The notes below the pieces were generated by a model. The model was not told the DNA's origin and did not search any database. It was given only the letters and a program-made list of their open reading frames with translations. A DNA stretch of 47,457 bases from Candidatus Asbonarchaeum danakilense (lineage in GTDB: Archaea; Nanohalarchaeota; Nanosalinia; Nanosalinales; Nanoanaerosalinaceae): contig JAXINV010000060.1 in assembly GCA_034190465.1 (NCBI GenBank), positions 1-47,457 of the forward strand, read 5' to 3'. Each line of letters starts with the position of its first letter. Within the stretch, counting starts at the first letter, position 1. Position numbers and translations under genes: made by a program. Shown here one piece after another: positions 1 to 7,541 of this stretch.

Positions 1-57
1 CATACCTGCCCCTATTCCCGCGAACACTTTTAAACGATGGACGGGTTCACGCCGCGA

Positions 58-1359
58 TCACGCCTTGTCACCGTCGTCTTCCGGTTCGTCCTCCTCCAGC
101 TCGATGTATTCCTGGCCGCCCATGTAGTCCTGCAGCGGCTCGGGGATCTTGATCCTGCCGTCCTCCTGGTTGTTCTCGACGATGGCGGTCATGACGCGCT
201 GGGTGGCGAGGGCTGTGGCGTTGAGGGTGTGGATGGTCTCGTTGTCCTCGGTGCCGCGCATCCTGACCCCGATCTTGCGGGCCTGGTAGCTGGTGCAGTT
301 GGAGCAGGAGACGACCTCGCCGTACTCCTCCAGCGGTGGCCGCCAGACCTCGATGTCGTACTTCTTCGCCGCGGTGTCGCCCAGGTCGCCGGTGCAGACG
401 TTGACGACGCGGTACGGCAGGCCGAGCTCCTGCATCAGTGTCTCGGCGTTGTCCAGCAGCTCCTCGTGCAGCTCCCAGGACTCGTCCGGCTTGGCGAAGA
501 TGAACTGCTCGACCTTCTCGAACTGGTGCAGCCGCCAGATGCCGCGCGTCTGCTTGCCGTGCTTGCCGGCTTCTCTCCGGAAGTTGGTGGAGAACCCGGC
601 GTACTTCTTCGGCAGCTCGTCGGGCTCCAGGATCTCGTCGAAGTGGTAGGCGGCCAGCGTCTGCTCGGAGGTCGCGATCAGGTACCGGTCCTCCCGCTCC
701 AGCTTGTACAGCTGCTCGTGGAAGTCCTCCAGCTCGGCGGCGGCCTCCATCGGCTCCCGATTCAGCATGAACGGAGTCTGCATCGGCCGGTAGCCCTGCT
801 CGTCAAGGAAGTCCATCGCGAACCGGATCAATGCCTGGTTGAGGTAGACAAGGTCGTCCTTCAGGTAGTAGGCGCGCTCCCCGGCGATCTCGGTCGCTTT
901 CTCGTTGTCGACCAGGTCGTGCTCGGTGAGGAGATCGGCGGCAAGCTCGCCACCATTTTTCGTGCCGTTTTCCGGCTCCCAGGTCTTGATCTCAACGTTG
1001 TCGTCTTCGTCCTCGCCCTTGGGCACGGATTCGTCCATGATGTTGCCGATCCGGTATCGGAGCTCGTCGCGCTTTTCCTTCAGCTCCTTTTCCTTCTCCT
1101 CGAGCTCCTCGATGCGCTCGTTGACCTCTTGCATGCGTTCGATCTTGTCGGAGGCGTCTTTGCCCTCTTTCTTCAGCTCGGCGATCTTTTCGGAGGTCTC
1201 GTTGCGCTCCTGCCGTAGCTCGTCGGCTTTCTGGAGTGTCTCGCGCCACTCCTCGTCGAGCTCGACGACGCGGTCGACGCGTTCAGGGTCTTTGTCGCGG
1301 CGTTTCTCGGATGCTTTAATCGTCTCCGGTTCGTTGCGGAATGTCTCGATGTCGATCAT
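58..1359 (-). CDS. serS: Seryl-tRNA synthetase
   Basis: N-terminal coiled-coil arm (MIDIETFRNEPE...), class II motif 2 FRREAG..RGIWRLHQFEKVEQF, EVVSCSNCTSYQAR, HTLNATALA; SD GGTGAT upstream. Confidence 0.97.
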   Translation of the reverse strand: MIDIETFRNEPETIKASEKRRDKDPERVDRVVELDEEWRETLQKADELRQERNETSEKIAELKKEGKDASDKIERMQEVNERIEELEEKEKELKEKRDELRYRIGNIMDESVPKGEDEDDNVEIKTWEPENGTKNGGELAADLLTEHDLVDNEKATEIAGERAYYLKDDLVYLNQALIRFAMDFLDEQGYRPMQTPFMLNREPMEAAAELEDFHEQLYKLEREDRYLIATSEQTLAAYHFDEILEPDELPKKYAGFSTNFRREAGKHGKQTRGIWRLHQFEKVEQFIFAKPDESWELHEELLDNAETLMQELGLPYRVVNVCTGDLGDTAAKKYDIEVWRPPLEEYGEVVSCSNCTSYQARKIGVRMRGTEDNETIHTLNATALATQRVMTAIVENNQEDGRIKIPEPLQDYMGGQEYIELEEDEPEDDGDKA

Positions 1360-1456
1360 TGAGGATCACCTATGCGGCAGAACGGCTGGCTGAGGCGGCC
1401 GTCAAGAAGTCGTGGACAGGGCGCAGCACAACGGCTAGGCGGGAAGAAACCGCGGC

Positions 1457-1489
1457 CTACCGTGCTGATTGGCGGGAAAACCCTGTCAT
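1457..1489 (-). CDS. Putative leaderless uORF / leader peptide MTGFSRQSAR upstream of serS
   Basis: ATG at 1489 lies 22 nt downstream of TATA-like ATTTAAAT (1511-1518), the same spacing as leaderless genes in this window; TAG at 1457-1459; two Ser codons (TCC, TCA). Confidence 0.55.
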   Translation of the reverse strand: MTGFSRQSAR

Positions 1490-1510
1490 GGGTGTGACTC
1501 TCCCAGCAGG

Positions 1511-1518
1511 ATTTAAAT
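1511..1518 (-). promoter_or_regulatory. TATA box for the uORF-serS transcript
   Basis: ATTTAAAT in a GC-rich context directly downstream of the preceding gene's stop. Confidence 0.65.
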
Positions 1519-1532
1519 ATCCTTCGTCGCTG

Positions 1533-1733
1533 TCACCGGAAGTAGTCCAGCACGATCAGCGCGAGCCCTGCCAGCAGGGCGAGGAAGCCGCTCCCGGGCG
1601 GGTTGAACCCTGGCTCGGACAGCACCGCGATCAGGCCGCCGCCCGCGACCGCGGACCCGAGCGCGCTGAACACACCGAGCTGGTCGTCGAAGTGCAGAAA
1701 GATGGATGCAAGCCGCCGCTTCAGTTCGTCCAT
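1533..1733 (-). CDS. Small membrane protein (2 predicted TM helices)
   Basis: 66 aa with two hydrophobic segments; fills the gap between aminotransferase and serS leader; AT-rich box at ~1757-1764. Confidence 0.7.
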   Translation of the reverse strand: MDELKRRLASIFLHFDDQLGVFSALGSAVAGGGLIAVLSEPGFNPPGSGFLALLAGLALIVLDYFR

Positions 1734-1771
1734 ACGCGGGTCTTTCGCCGCGGCGTTGAAATAGGTTGTCC

Positions 1772-2893
1772 CTATGCGAGGTAGTCGGCCAGCCGCTGCA
1801 TCCCGTCCCGGATCGCGTCCTGTCCAACCGAGCCGAAACAGATCCGGACGTTGGTGCTGCTGTCGCTGCCGCTCGGCGCGCCCGGAACGACCGACACGCC
1901 TGCCTCGTCCAGCAGGTCGTGCGCGAACTCCCAGGAGTCCCTGCCGACGTCGGGGAAGATGTAGATCGCGCCCTCCGGCTCCACGTAGTCCAGGCCCAGC
2001 CGGTCCAGCTCGTCCTCGATCAGCGCCTTGCGCTCGGCGTACTCCTGCCGCATCTCGTCGACGTAGTCCATACTGTTCCGCAGCGCCCCCAGCGCGGCGT
2101 GCTGTGCCGCAAAGTTGGGGCAGGCGGTGGTGGCCCGGTTGACCTTGCCCAGCTCGTGGATCAAGTCAGGATCGTCGGCGGCCACCCAGCCCAGCCGCCA
2201 GCCGGTCATCGCGAAGTTCTTCGACATGCTGTTGACGATCAGCGACCGCTCCGGCGCGACCTCGGCTACGGAGACGTGGTCTTTGCCGTAGGTGAGCCGG
2301 TCGTAGACCTCGTCGCCGATGAGGTACAGGTCGTTCCGCTCCGCGATCCCGGCAAGCTGTTCGATCTCGTCGCGGGTGTAGACCCTGCCGGTCGGGTTCT
2401 CTGGGCTGTTGACGACGAGCGCCTTCGTGTCCTCGTCGACGGCCTGTTCCACTGCCTCGACGTCGACCTCCCCGCCGTCGAAGTACGGCACCTGCCGCAG
2501 CTCGGCGGTGGAGGCGTTGGCCAGCATCGGGTAGACGGACCAGCACGGGTCGTTGAACACGATGTTCTCCCCTGGCTCGCACAGCGTGGAGAAGATGCAG
2601 TACAGTGCACCGATACCGCCGGTCGTCGCCATGATGTTGTCGTGGCTGTAGTCGGCCTTGTGGGATTCGAACGAGGCGATCTCCTCCCGCAGCTCGTCGA
2701 TGCCCCAGAGCGAGGTATATGTTATCCTGCCGCGGTCGATGGCGTCCTTCGCTGCCTGTTTCGCGGCGTCAGGCGAGTCGAAGTCCGGCTGTCCGATGTC
2801 CAGCCGCACGACGTCGTCCCTGCTTGCTGCGCGTTCGGAGATGTCTCTGACGGAGTACTGTATCTGCTGGACTGCCTGCCTGATTTCCTTCAT
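1772..2893 (-). CDS. Class I/II PLP-dependent aminotransferase (aspartate aminotransferase-like)
   Basis: Start reassigned to MKEIRQ (2893); motifs IGQPDF, NSPENPTG, GDEVYD, SMSKNFAMTGWRLG (PLP lysine). Confidence 0.93.
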   Translation of the reverse strand: MKEIRQAVQQIQYSVRDISERAASRDDVVRLDIGQPDFDSPDAAKQAAKDAIDRGRITYTSLWGIDELREEIASFESHKADYSHDNIMATTGGIGALYCIFSTLCEPGENIVFNDPCWSVYPMLANASTAELRQVPYFDGGEVDVEAVEQAVDEDTKALVVNSPENPTGRVYTRDEIEQLAGIAERNDLYLIGDEVYDRLTYGKDHVSVAEVAPERSLIVNSMSKNFAMTGWRLGWVAADDPDLIHELGKVNRATTACPNFAAQHAALGALRNSMDYVDEMRQEYAERKALIEDELDRLGLDYVEPEGAIYIFPDVGRDSWEFAHDLLDEAGVSVVPGAPSGSDSSTNVRICFGSVGQDAIRDGMQRLADYLA

Positions 2894-2935
2894 CGTACCG
2901 TAAACAATTTTTACCGGCGCGTTTAAATGCATGGT

Positions 2936-3724
2936 ATGAGGTTCTCGTTCCCGGACGGTATCAGCCCGCCCTCGGTCGAGGAGCGGGAGCGCTTCTACGA
3001 TGAGGAGTTCGACCTCCAGTCGGTCCAGGACCTGTACTACCGGTGGAAGAAGCCGGTGTTCGCGCTGGACATCGGGACGGAGACGACGCTGTACAAGGGA
3101 CGGTTCAAGAAGTACAAGGGCAAGCTGGTGTACGTCAAGGAGTACGACGACCTGGAGGAGCTGCAGGAGAAGTTCGTGACGTACGCGCCGGAGGACCTGT
3201 ACTACGACACGCGGACGTACGAGAACGATCCAAGACAGTCGAACACGGTCTGGGAGCGGCCGACCGGCAAGCAGCTGGTCTTCGACCTGGACCCGGAGCT
3301 TGTGGAGTGCCCGCGCTGCGAGAACCGGCGCCGCCACATGGACGACGAGGAACGCGCCTCGTACACGTTCTGCGAGGAATGCTTCTCTGAAGTGGCGGAG
3401 AAGACGGCGCAGCTCGTCGTGCTGCTGGACCGTCACTTCGACGCGGTCAAGGCCTACTTCTCCGGCCGCGGCTTCCACATCCACGTCAAGGACCCGGAGG
3501 GCTTCGACATGGATGACATCGAGCGGGACAAGCTCGCGTCGAAGATGGCGAAGCGGTTCCCGATAGACAAGAAGATCACGGCAGGGGAGAAGACCCTGAT
3601 CCGTTTGCCGGGCTCGCTGCATGGCCTGACCGGCCGCAAGGTCGTCGAGGTCTCGCTCGACGATCTGCAAGAGCCGCTCGACATCCTGTACGAGAAGAGC
3701 GTCCCTGAGGTGTTCGAGGAGTGA
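2936..3724 (+). CDS. Stand-alone archaeo-eukaryotic primase small-subunit (PriS)-like protein
   Basis: AEP motifs LVFDLD, YFSGRGFHIHV, IDKKIT...LIRLPGSLH; Cys pairs CPRC and CEEC (Zn); start at MRFSF, ~23 nt after a T-rich TATA-like box. Confidence 0.85.
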   Translation: MRFSFPDGISPPSVEERERFYDEEFDLQSVQDLYYRWKKPVFALDIGTETTLYKGRFKKYKGKLVYVKEYDDLEELQEKFVTYAPEDLYYDTRTYENDPRQSNTVWERPTGKQLVFDLDPELVECPRCENRRRHMDDEERASYTFCEECFSEVAEKTAQLVVLLDRHFDAVKAYFSGRGFHIHVKDPEGFDMDDIERDKLASKMAKRFPIDKKITAGEKTLIRLPGSLHGLTGRKVVEVSLDDLQEPLDILYEKSVPEVFEE

Positions 3725-4734
3725 TCGAGGTCGACGGCAGTCCCGGCGGCCAGGTGCTGCGCAACGCGCTGTCGTACGCAGTGATGGACCAGCGGTCATT
3801 CCGGATCACGGACATCCGTGGCTCCCGATCCAACCCCGGGCTGCGGAAGCAGCACTGCACCGCGGTCGAGGTCATGCAGCAGCTGTCCGACGCGGAGGTC
3901 GATGGCAACGAGGTCGGTGCGACGGAACTGGAGTTTGTGCCGCAGGGCTTCACCCCGCGGGACGTGACGGCGGACATCGAGACGGCGGGGAGCATCGCGC
4001 TGCTGTTCCAGACTGTGATGCCGCTGTGCGGCAGGACGGACGAGGCGTTCACGGTCACGGCTGAGGGCGGCACGGATGTGAAGTGGTCGCCGCCGACCGC
4101 GTACCTGGAGCACGCGGCGGTCCCGCTGCTGGAACGGTTCGGCGCTGCATTGGACGTGAAGACGGGGCGACACGGCTTCTACCCGGACGGCGGCGGCCGC
4201 GCACGGCTTGACGTCGAGCCGTCCGACCTGGATGAGACGTTCCTCGAGGACCGCGGCGAGGTCCGCGGTCTTTCCGGCGTGTCGATCGCGTCGCAGCACC
4301 TCCGGGAGTCGAACGTGGCTGAGCGGCAGCGGTCCGAGGTCCGGCGGCTGCTGGGCAACGAGTACCCGGAGCACGATATCGATGTCGAGGCGCGGTACGA
4401 GCAGAGTCTGTCGCCCGGCTCGATGATCCTGCTGGTCGCGGAGTTCGCCGACGGCCTGTTGGCGGCTGACTGCCTGGGAGAGAAGGGGAAGCGGGCGGAG
4501 CAGGTGGCGAAGGACGCGGCCGATGATTTGTTCGAGGACATCACGACCGGTGCGGCAGTCGACCGCCACATGGCGGACCAGGTCGTGCCGTTCCTCGCAC
4601 AGTCGTCCGGCGCGGTGTATGTGCCGGAGGCGACGGACCATCTCCGGACCAGCATCGGGACGGCTGAACGGTTCCTGGACGTCTCGTTCAGCCTGGAGGA
4701 ACGCGACGGGTTCCACGAGCTGCGGTGCGAGTGA
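3721..4734 (+). CDS. rtcA: RNA 3'-terminal phosphate cyclase
   Basis: GGQVLR, IRGSRSNPGLRKQH, GGTDVKWSPP, GFYPDGGG, VDRHMADQ, catalytic TDHLRT; GTGA overlap with the upstream gene. Confidence 0.92.
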   Translation: MIEVDGSPGGQVLRNALSYAVMDQRSFRITDIRGSRSNPGLRKQHCTAVEVMQQLSDAEVDGNEVGATELEFVPQGFTPRDVTADIETAGSIALLFQTVMPLCGRTDEAFTVTAEGGTDVKWSPPTAYLEHAAVPLLERFGAALDVKTGRHGFYPDGGGRARLDVEPSDLDETFLEDRGEVRGLSGVSIASQHLRESNVAERQRSEVRRLLGNEYPEHDIDVEARYEQSLSPGSMILLVAEFADGLLAADCLGEKGKRAEQVAKDAADDLFEDITTGAAVDRHMADQVVPFLAQSSGAVYVPEATDHLRTSIGTAERFLDVSFSLEERDGFHELRCE

Positions 4735-5151
4735 TCACTGGACGTCGATCTCTGTGCCACCGTCTTTCTCGAGCTTATCGAGCTCCACGCGGAGCACGCC
4801 GTCGTCGTACGTCGCCTCGGCGCTCGCCTGGTCGACCGGGGCGGGCAGGCGGACGGTGCGGGAATAGCTCCTGGTGCTGCGCTCTCGCCTGACGTAGTCC
4901 TTGCCTTCTTCCTCGACCTCGGTCTCGGATTCGGCGGCGAGGTGGAGCCGGTCGCCGCGGACCTGGACGTGGATGTTGTCCTTGGCGATGCCGGGCATGT
5001 CGGCGGTGACTACCACCTGGTCGTCGGTCTCCTCGATGTCGACAGGCAGGTTGGTGGCCTCGACGTCGAGGCCTGTTTCGGCGGAGAGGTCGCGGAACAT
5101 CCGGTTCATGCGTTCGTACATCTCGCGGAAGGGGTCGTTGCGCCGGGTCAT
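4735..5151 (-). CDS. Small heat-shock protein Hsp20
   Basis: Alpha-crystallin domain PVDIEET..ADMPG..RER..SYSRTVRLP..ATYDDGVL; C-terminal IDV motif. Confidence 0.95.
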   Translation of the reverse strand: MTRRNDPFREMYERMNRMFRDLSAETGLDVEATNLPVDIEETDDQVVVTADMPGIAKDNIHVQVRGDRLHLAAESETEVEEEGKDYVRRERSTRSYSRTVRLPAPVDQASAEATYDDGVLRVELDKLEKDGGTEIDVQ

Positions 5152-5241
5152 GGTAACCACTGTTTTTGTGCATGTGCATAAAACATTTTCAAGCTACCGG
5201 TCGCGTCCAGCTTTAAAATCCTCGCCACCCAACACTACCCT

Positions 5242-5943
5242 ATGACACAGGACGCTTCTCTCCGGTCGATCCACCAGATGACACCGACGGTCAAACAGTT
5301 CCAGCTGGAGCTGGAGGAAGGGACATGGGAGTTCCAGCCGGGCCAGCACACGGTGATCCACTTCGAGCAGGACGGCGAGGAGGTTGCACGACCGTACACG
5401 CCGACCTCCCGACCGGGGACGGATACGTTCACGCTGGCGATCAAGCGGTACGACGACGGCACGGCCTCGGTCTACATGCATGAACGGGAGCCGGGCGATG
5501 TCATCGAGGTGGAGGAGCCGGACGGCAACCTGTACGTCCGCGACTACGACAGCGATGTGGTGTTCGTCTCGACGGGGACGGGCATCACGCCGATGGTGGC
5601 GATGCTGAAGGACTATCTGGACAACGGGACCGGCGACGCGTACTTTTTCTTCGGTGAGAAGACGCAGGACCACCTGATGTACCGCGAGACACTGGACCAG
5701 CTTGAGGCGGAGCACGACAATCTGACGGTCGTCTACAGTCTATCCGACGAGGATTGGAGCGGACGTGAAGGATTCGTCCAGGAGCACATCGATGACGTGC
5801 TTACGGAGATCACGTCCTACGACTACTACATCTCAGGCGTTCCGAAAATGGTGGTCCAGACAGAGAATCTGCTTGCTGAGAACGACGTGCCGGACGACCG
5901 GATCTACAGCGAGGGCTGGGAGTCGGACGTCGTCGGGGACTAG
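5242..5943 (+). CDS. FNR-like FAD/NAD(P)-binding oxidoreductase
   Basis: FQPGQH, RPYT (RxYS/T), G.AS, STGTGITPMVAM, YISGVPKMV, C-terminal EGW; TATA TTTAAAA at ~5212-5218. Confidence 0.9.
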   Translation: MTQDASLRSIHQMTPTVKQFQLELEEGTWEFQPGQHTVIHFEQDGEEVARPYTPTSRPGTDTFTLAIKRYDDGTASVYMHEREPGDVIEVEEPDGNLYVRDYDSDVVFVSTGTGITPMVAMLKDYLDNGTGDAYFFFGEKTQDHLMYRETLDQLEAEHDNLTVVYSLSDEDWSGREGFVQEHIDDVLTEITSYDYYISGVPKMVVQTENLLAENDVPDDRIYSEGWESDVVGD

Positions 5944-7541
5944 CGGAGCAGCATGAGTCCGAGGAACAGGCCAATACCGAGTTCGCCGGCGGCGATCAGC
6001 CGCAGCACCAGATCGCTTGACAGCCCGAGCAGCGCGGTCCCGGAGACGATCAGTGCTGAGGCCAGGATGGCGCCGACGATCTTGCGTGTCCCAAGGGCGA
6101 GCGATGCTCCCGCCTGGCTGCCTTTTCCACGTCCCTTGGCGGCGTCGATTAGCTCTGCGAGCTGCTGAGGGGCGTCCTCAATTAGTTCGCGGTTTTCCAG
6201 CAGGCTCATCATGAAGTTCCGCGCCACCTCCTGTGGCCGGTTCTGCTTGAGGACGATCCGCCGCACCATCTTCTTCAGCTGTTGCTGCGGCTTGAAGCCG
6301 GGGTAGATGGTGAGGCCGACGCCCTCGACTTGGACGAATCCTTTGCCCGCGGCGACGAACTGTGTCGGGAGGACGATACCGTTCCGTGCTGCTGCCTGCA
6401 CGATATCGAGGAAAGCACGGGAGAATGAGTGCTCCTGGATGGAGGCTCCTTCCATCTCGACGAGGATGTCCTCGACCTCGTCTTCGAATGCTTCCAGGTC
6501 GGCACTGTCCTCGACGTAGGCGATCTTTGTCAGGGAGTCGACGACCCCGCCGGCGTCAAGGTTCGCTGCGTTCAATAGCATGAGGGCGAGGTATCGGCGT
6601 TTCCGCGGGCTGATAGAACCTACGATGCCGAAGTCCACGTAGCTGATGCGTGCGTCCGGATCGACGAGGACGTTGGCGGGATGTGGGTCGGCGTGGAAGA
6701 ACCCATCGCGCAGCACCATCTTGAGCAGGGCGTTGATCCCGTTCTCTGCGACGGCCTGGACGTCGATCTCTCGCCGCTTCAGTTCTTCCGTGTTGTCTAT
6801 CTTGACGGCCTCTATGAATTCTGCGGTCAGGACGTCCTCTGATGTGTATTCGTCGTAGATATATGGGATCCGCGCTTCGTCGTCGTTCTCCAGGTTTTTC
6901 TTCAGCTTCTTTGCGTTCTTGGCCTCTTTCCGCAGGTCGAGTTCGTTCTGAGTCCAGTCTTCGAACTGGTCGAAGATGTCGGCGATGTGCCGCTTCTTGA
7001 GGTAGGTGCTGGCGAACTCTGCCTGGTTGACGAGGAAATTGAGGATCCGCAGATCGGTCTTTACCTGGTCCCGGACACCGGGTTTCATAACCTTGACGGC
7101 GACCTGTTCACCGTCAAGCAGCTCGGCGCGATGGACCTGCGCGATCGAGGCTGATGCGACAGGTTCTGTTTCGAAGTAGCGGAAAATATCGTCTTTTTCC
7201 TTTTCGAGGCTTTCTTCGACGATCCGGAGTGCTTCCTGACCGTCGATCGGTGCGACATGGTCCTCGAGCTGTTCCAGCTCCTCGACGTATTCCTGTGGGA
7301 CGATGTCCGGCCGCTGCGCCAGCATCTGTCCGAGTTTGATGAAGGTGGGGCCGAGGTCTTCCAGTGCCTTCCGCAGCCGGACGGGGGAGGGCTCACGGTC
7401 CCGGTGCTTGAGCAGACGGTTGACCAGTGGCAGGTTCTGGTCCAGCTTTGTGCGTTCGAGCAGCTCTGAGAAGCCTGCCTCGAGGAAGACGTCGATGATC
7501 TCTCTGAGCCGCCCGAGGTTCTCAATCTCCCGTTGTAGCAT
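5940..7541 (-). CDS. ABC1/UbiB-family atypical kinase with C-terminal TM helices
   Basis: LGPTFIKLGQMLAQRPD, ASASIAQVHRA, VAVKV, GFFHADPHPANV, DFG. Confidence 0.93.
   Translation of the reverse strand: MLQREIENLGRLREIIDVFLEAGFSELLERTKLDQNLPLVNRLLKHRDREPSPVRLRKALEDLGPTFIKLGQMLAQRPDIVPQEYVEELEQLEDHVAPIDGQEALRIVEESLEKEKDDIFRYFETEPVASASIAQVHRAELLDGEQVAVKVMKPGVRDQVKTDLRILNFLVNQAEFASTYLKKRHIADIFDQFEDWTQNELDLRKEAKNAKKLKKNLENDDEARIPYIYDEYTSEDVLTAEFIEAVKIDNTEELKRREIDVQAVAENGINALLKMVLRDGFFHADPHPANVLVDPDARISYVDFGIVGSISPRKRRYLALMLLNAANLDAGGVVDSLTKIAYVEDSADLEAFEDEVEDILVEMEGASIQEHSFSRAFLDIVQAAARNGIVLPTQFVAAGKGFVQVEGVGLTIYPGFKPQQQLKKMVRRIVLKQNRPQEVARNFMMSLLENRELIEDAPQQLAELIDAAKGRGKGSQAGASLALGTRKIVGAILASALIVSGTALLGLSSDLVLRLIAAGELGIGLFLGLMLLR

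Noticed and set aside
37..1218. Many long antisense or alternate-frame ORFs (e.g. 37-1218, 1766-2926, 20444-21727, 40564-41790, 46160-47296)
   Set aside because: They overlap well-supported genes, have Leu/Val/Arg/Ser-biased non-acidic composition, and show no motifs.
1360..1490. T-box riboswitch or tRNA gene upstream of serS
   Set aside because: No T-box UGGN antiterminator consensus, and no cloverleaf or TTCGA T-loop.
1772..3799. 675-aa ORF suggesting an aminotransferase fusion
   Set aside because: The N-terminal ~300 aa is the antisense shadow of the PriS-like gene; the real protein starts at MKEIRQ (2893).
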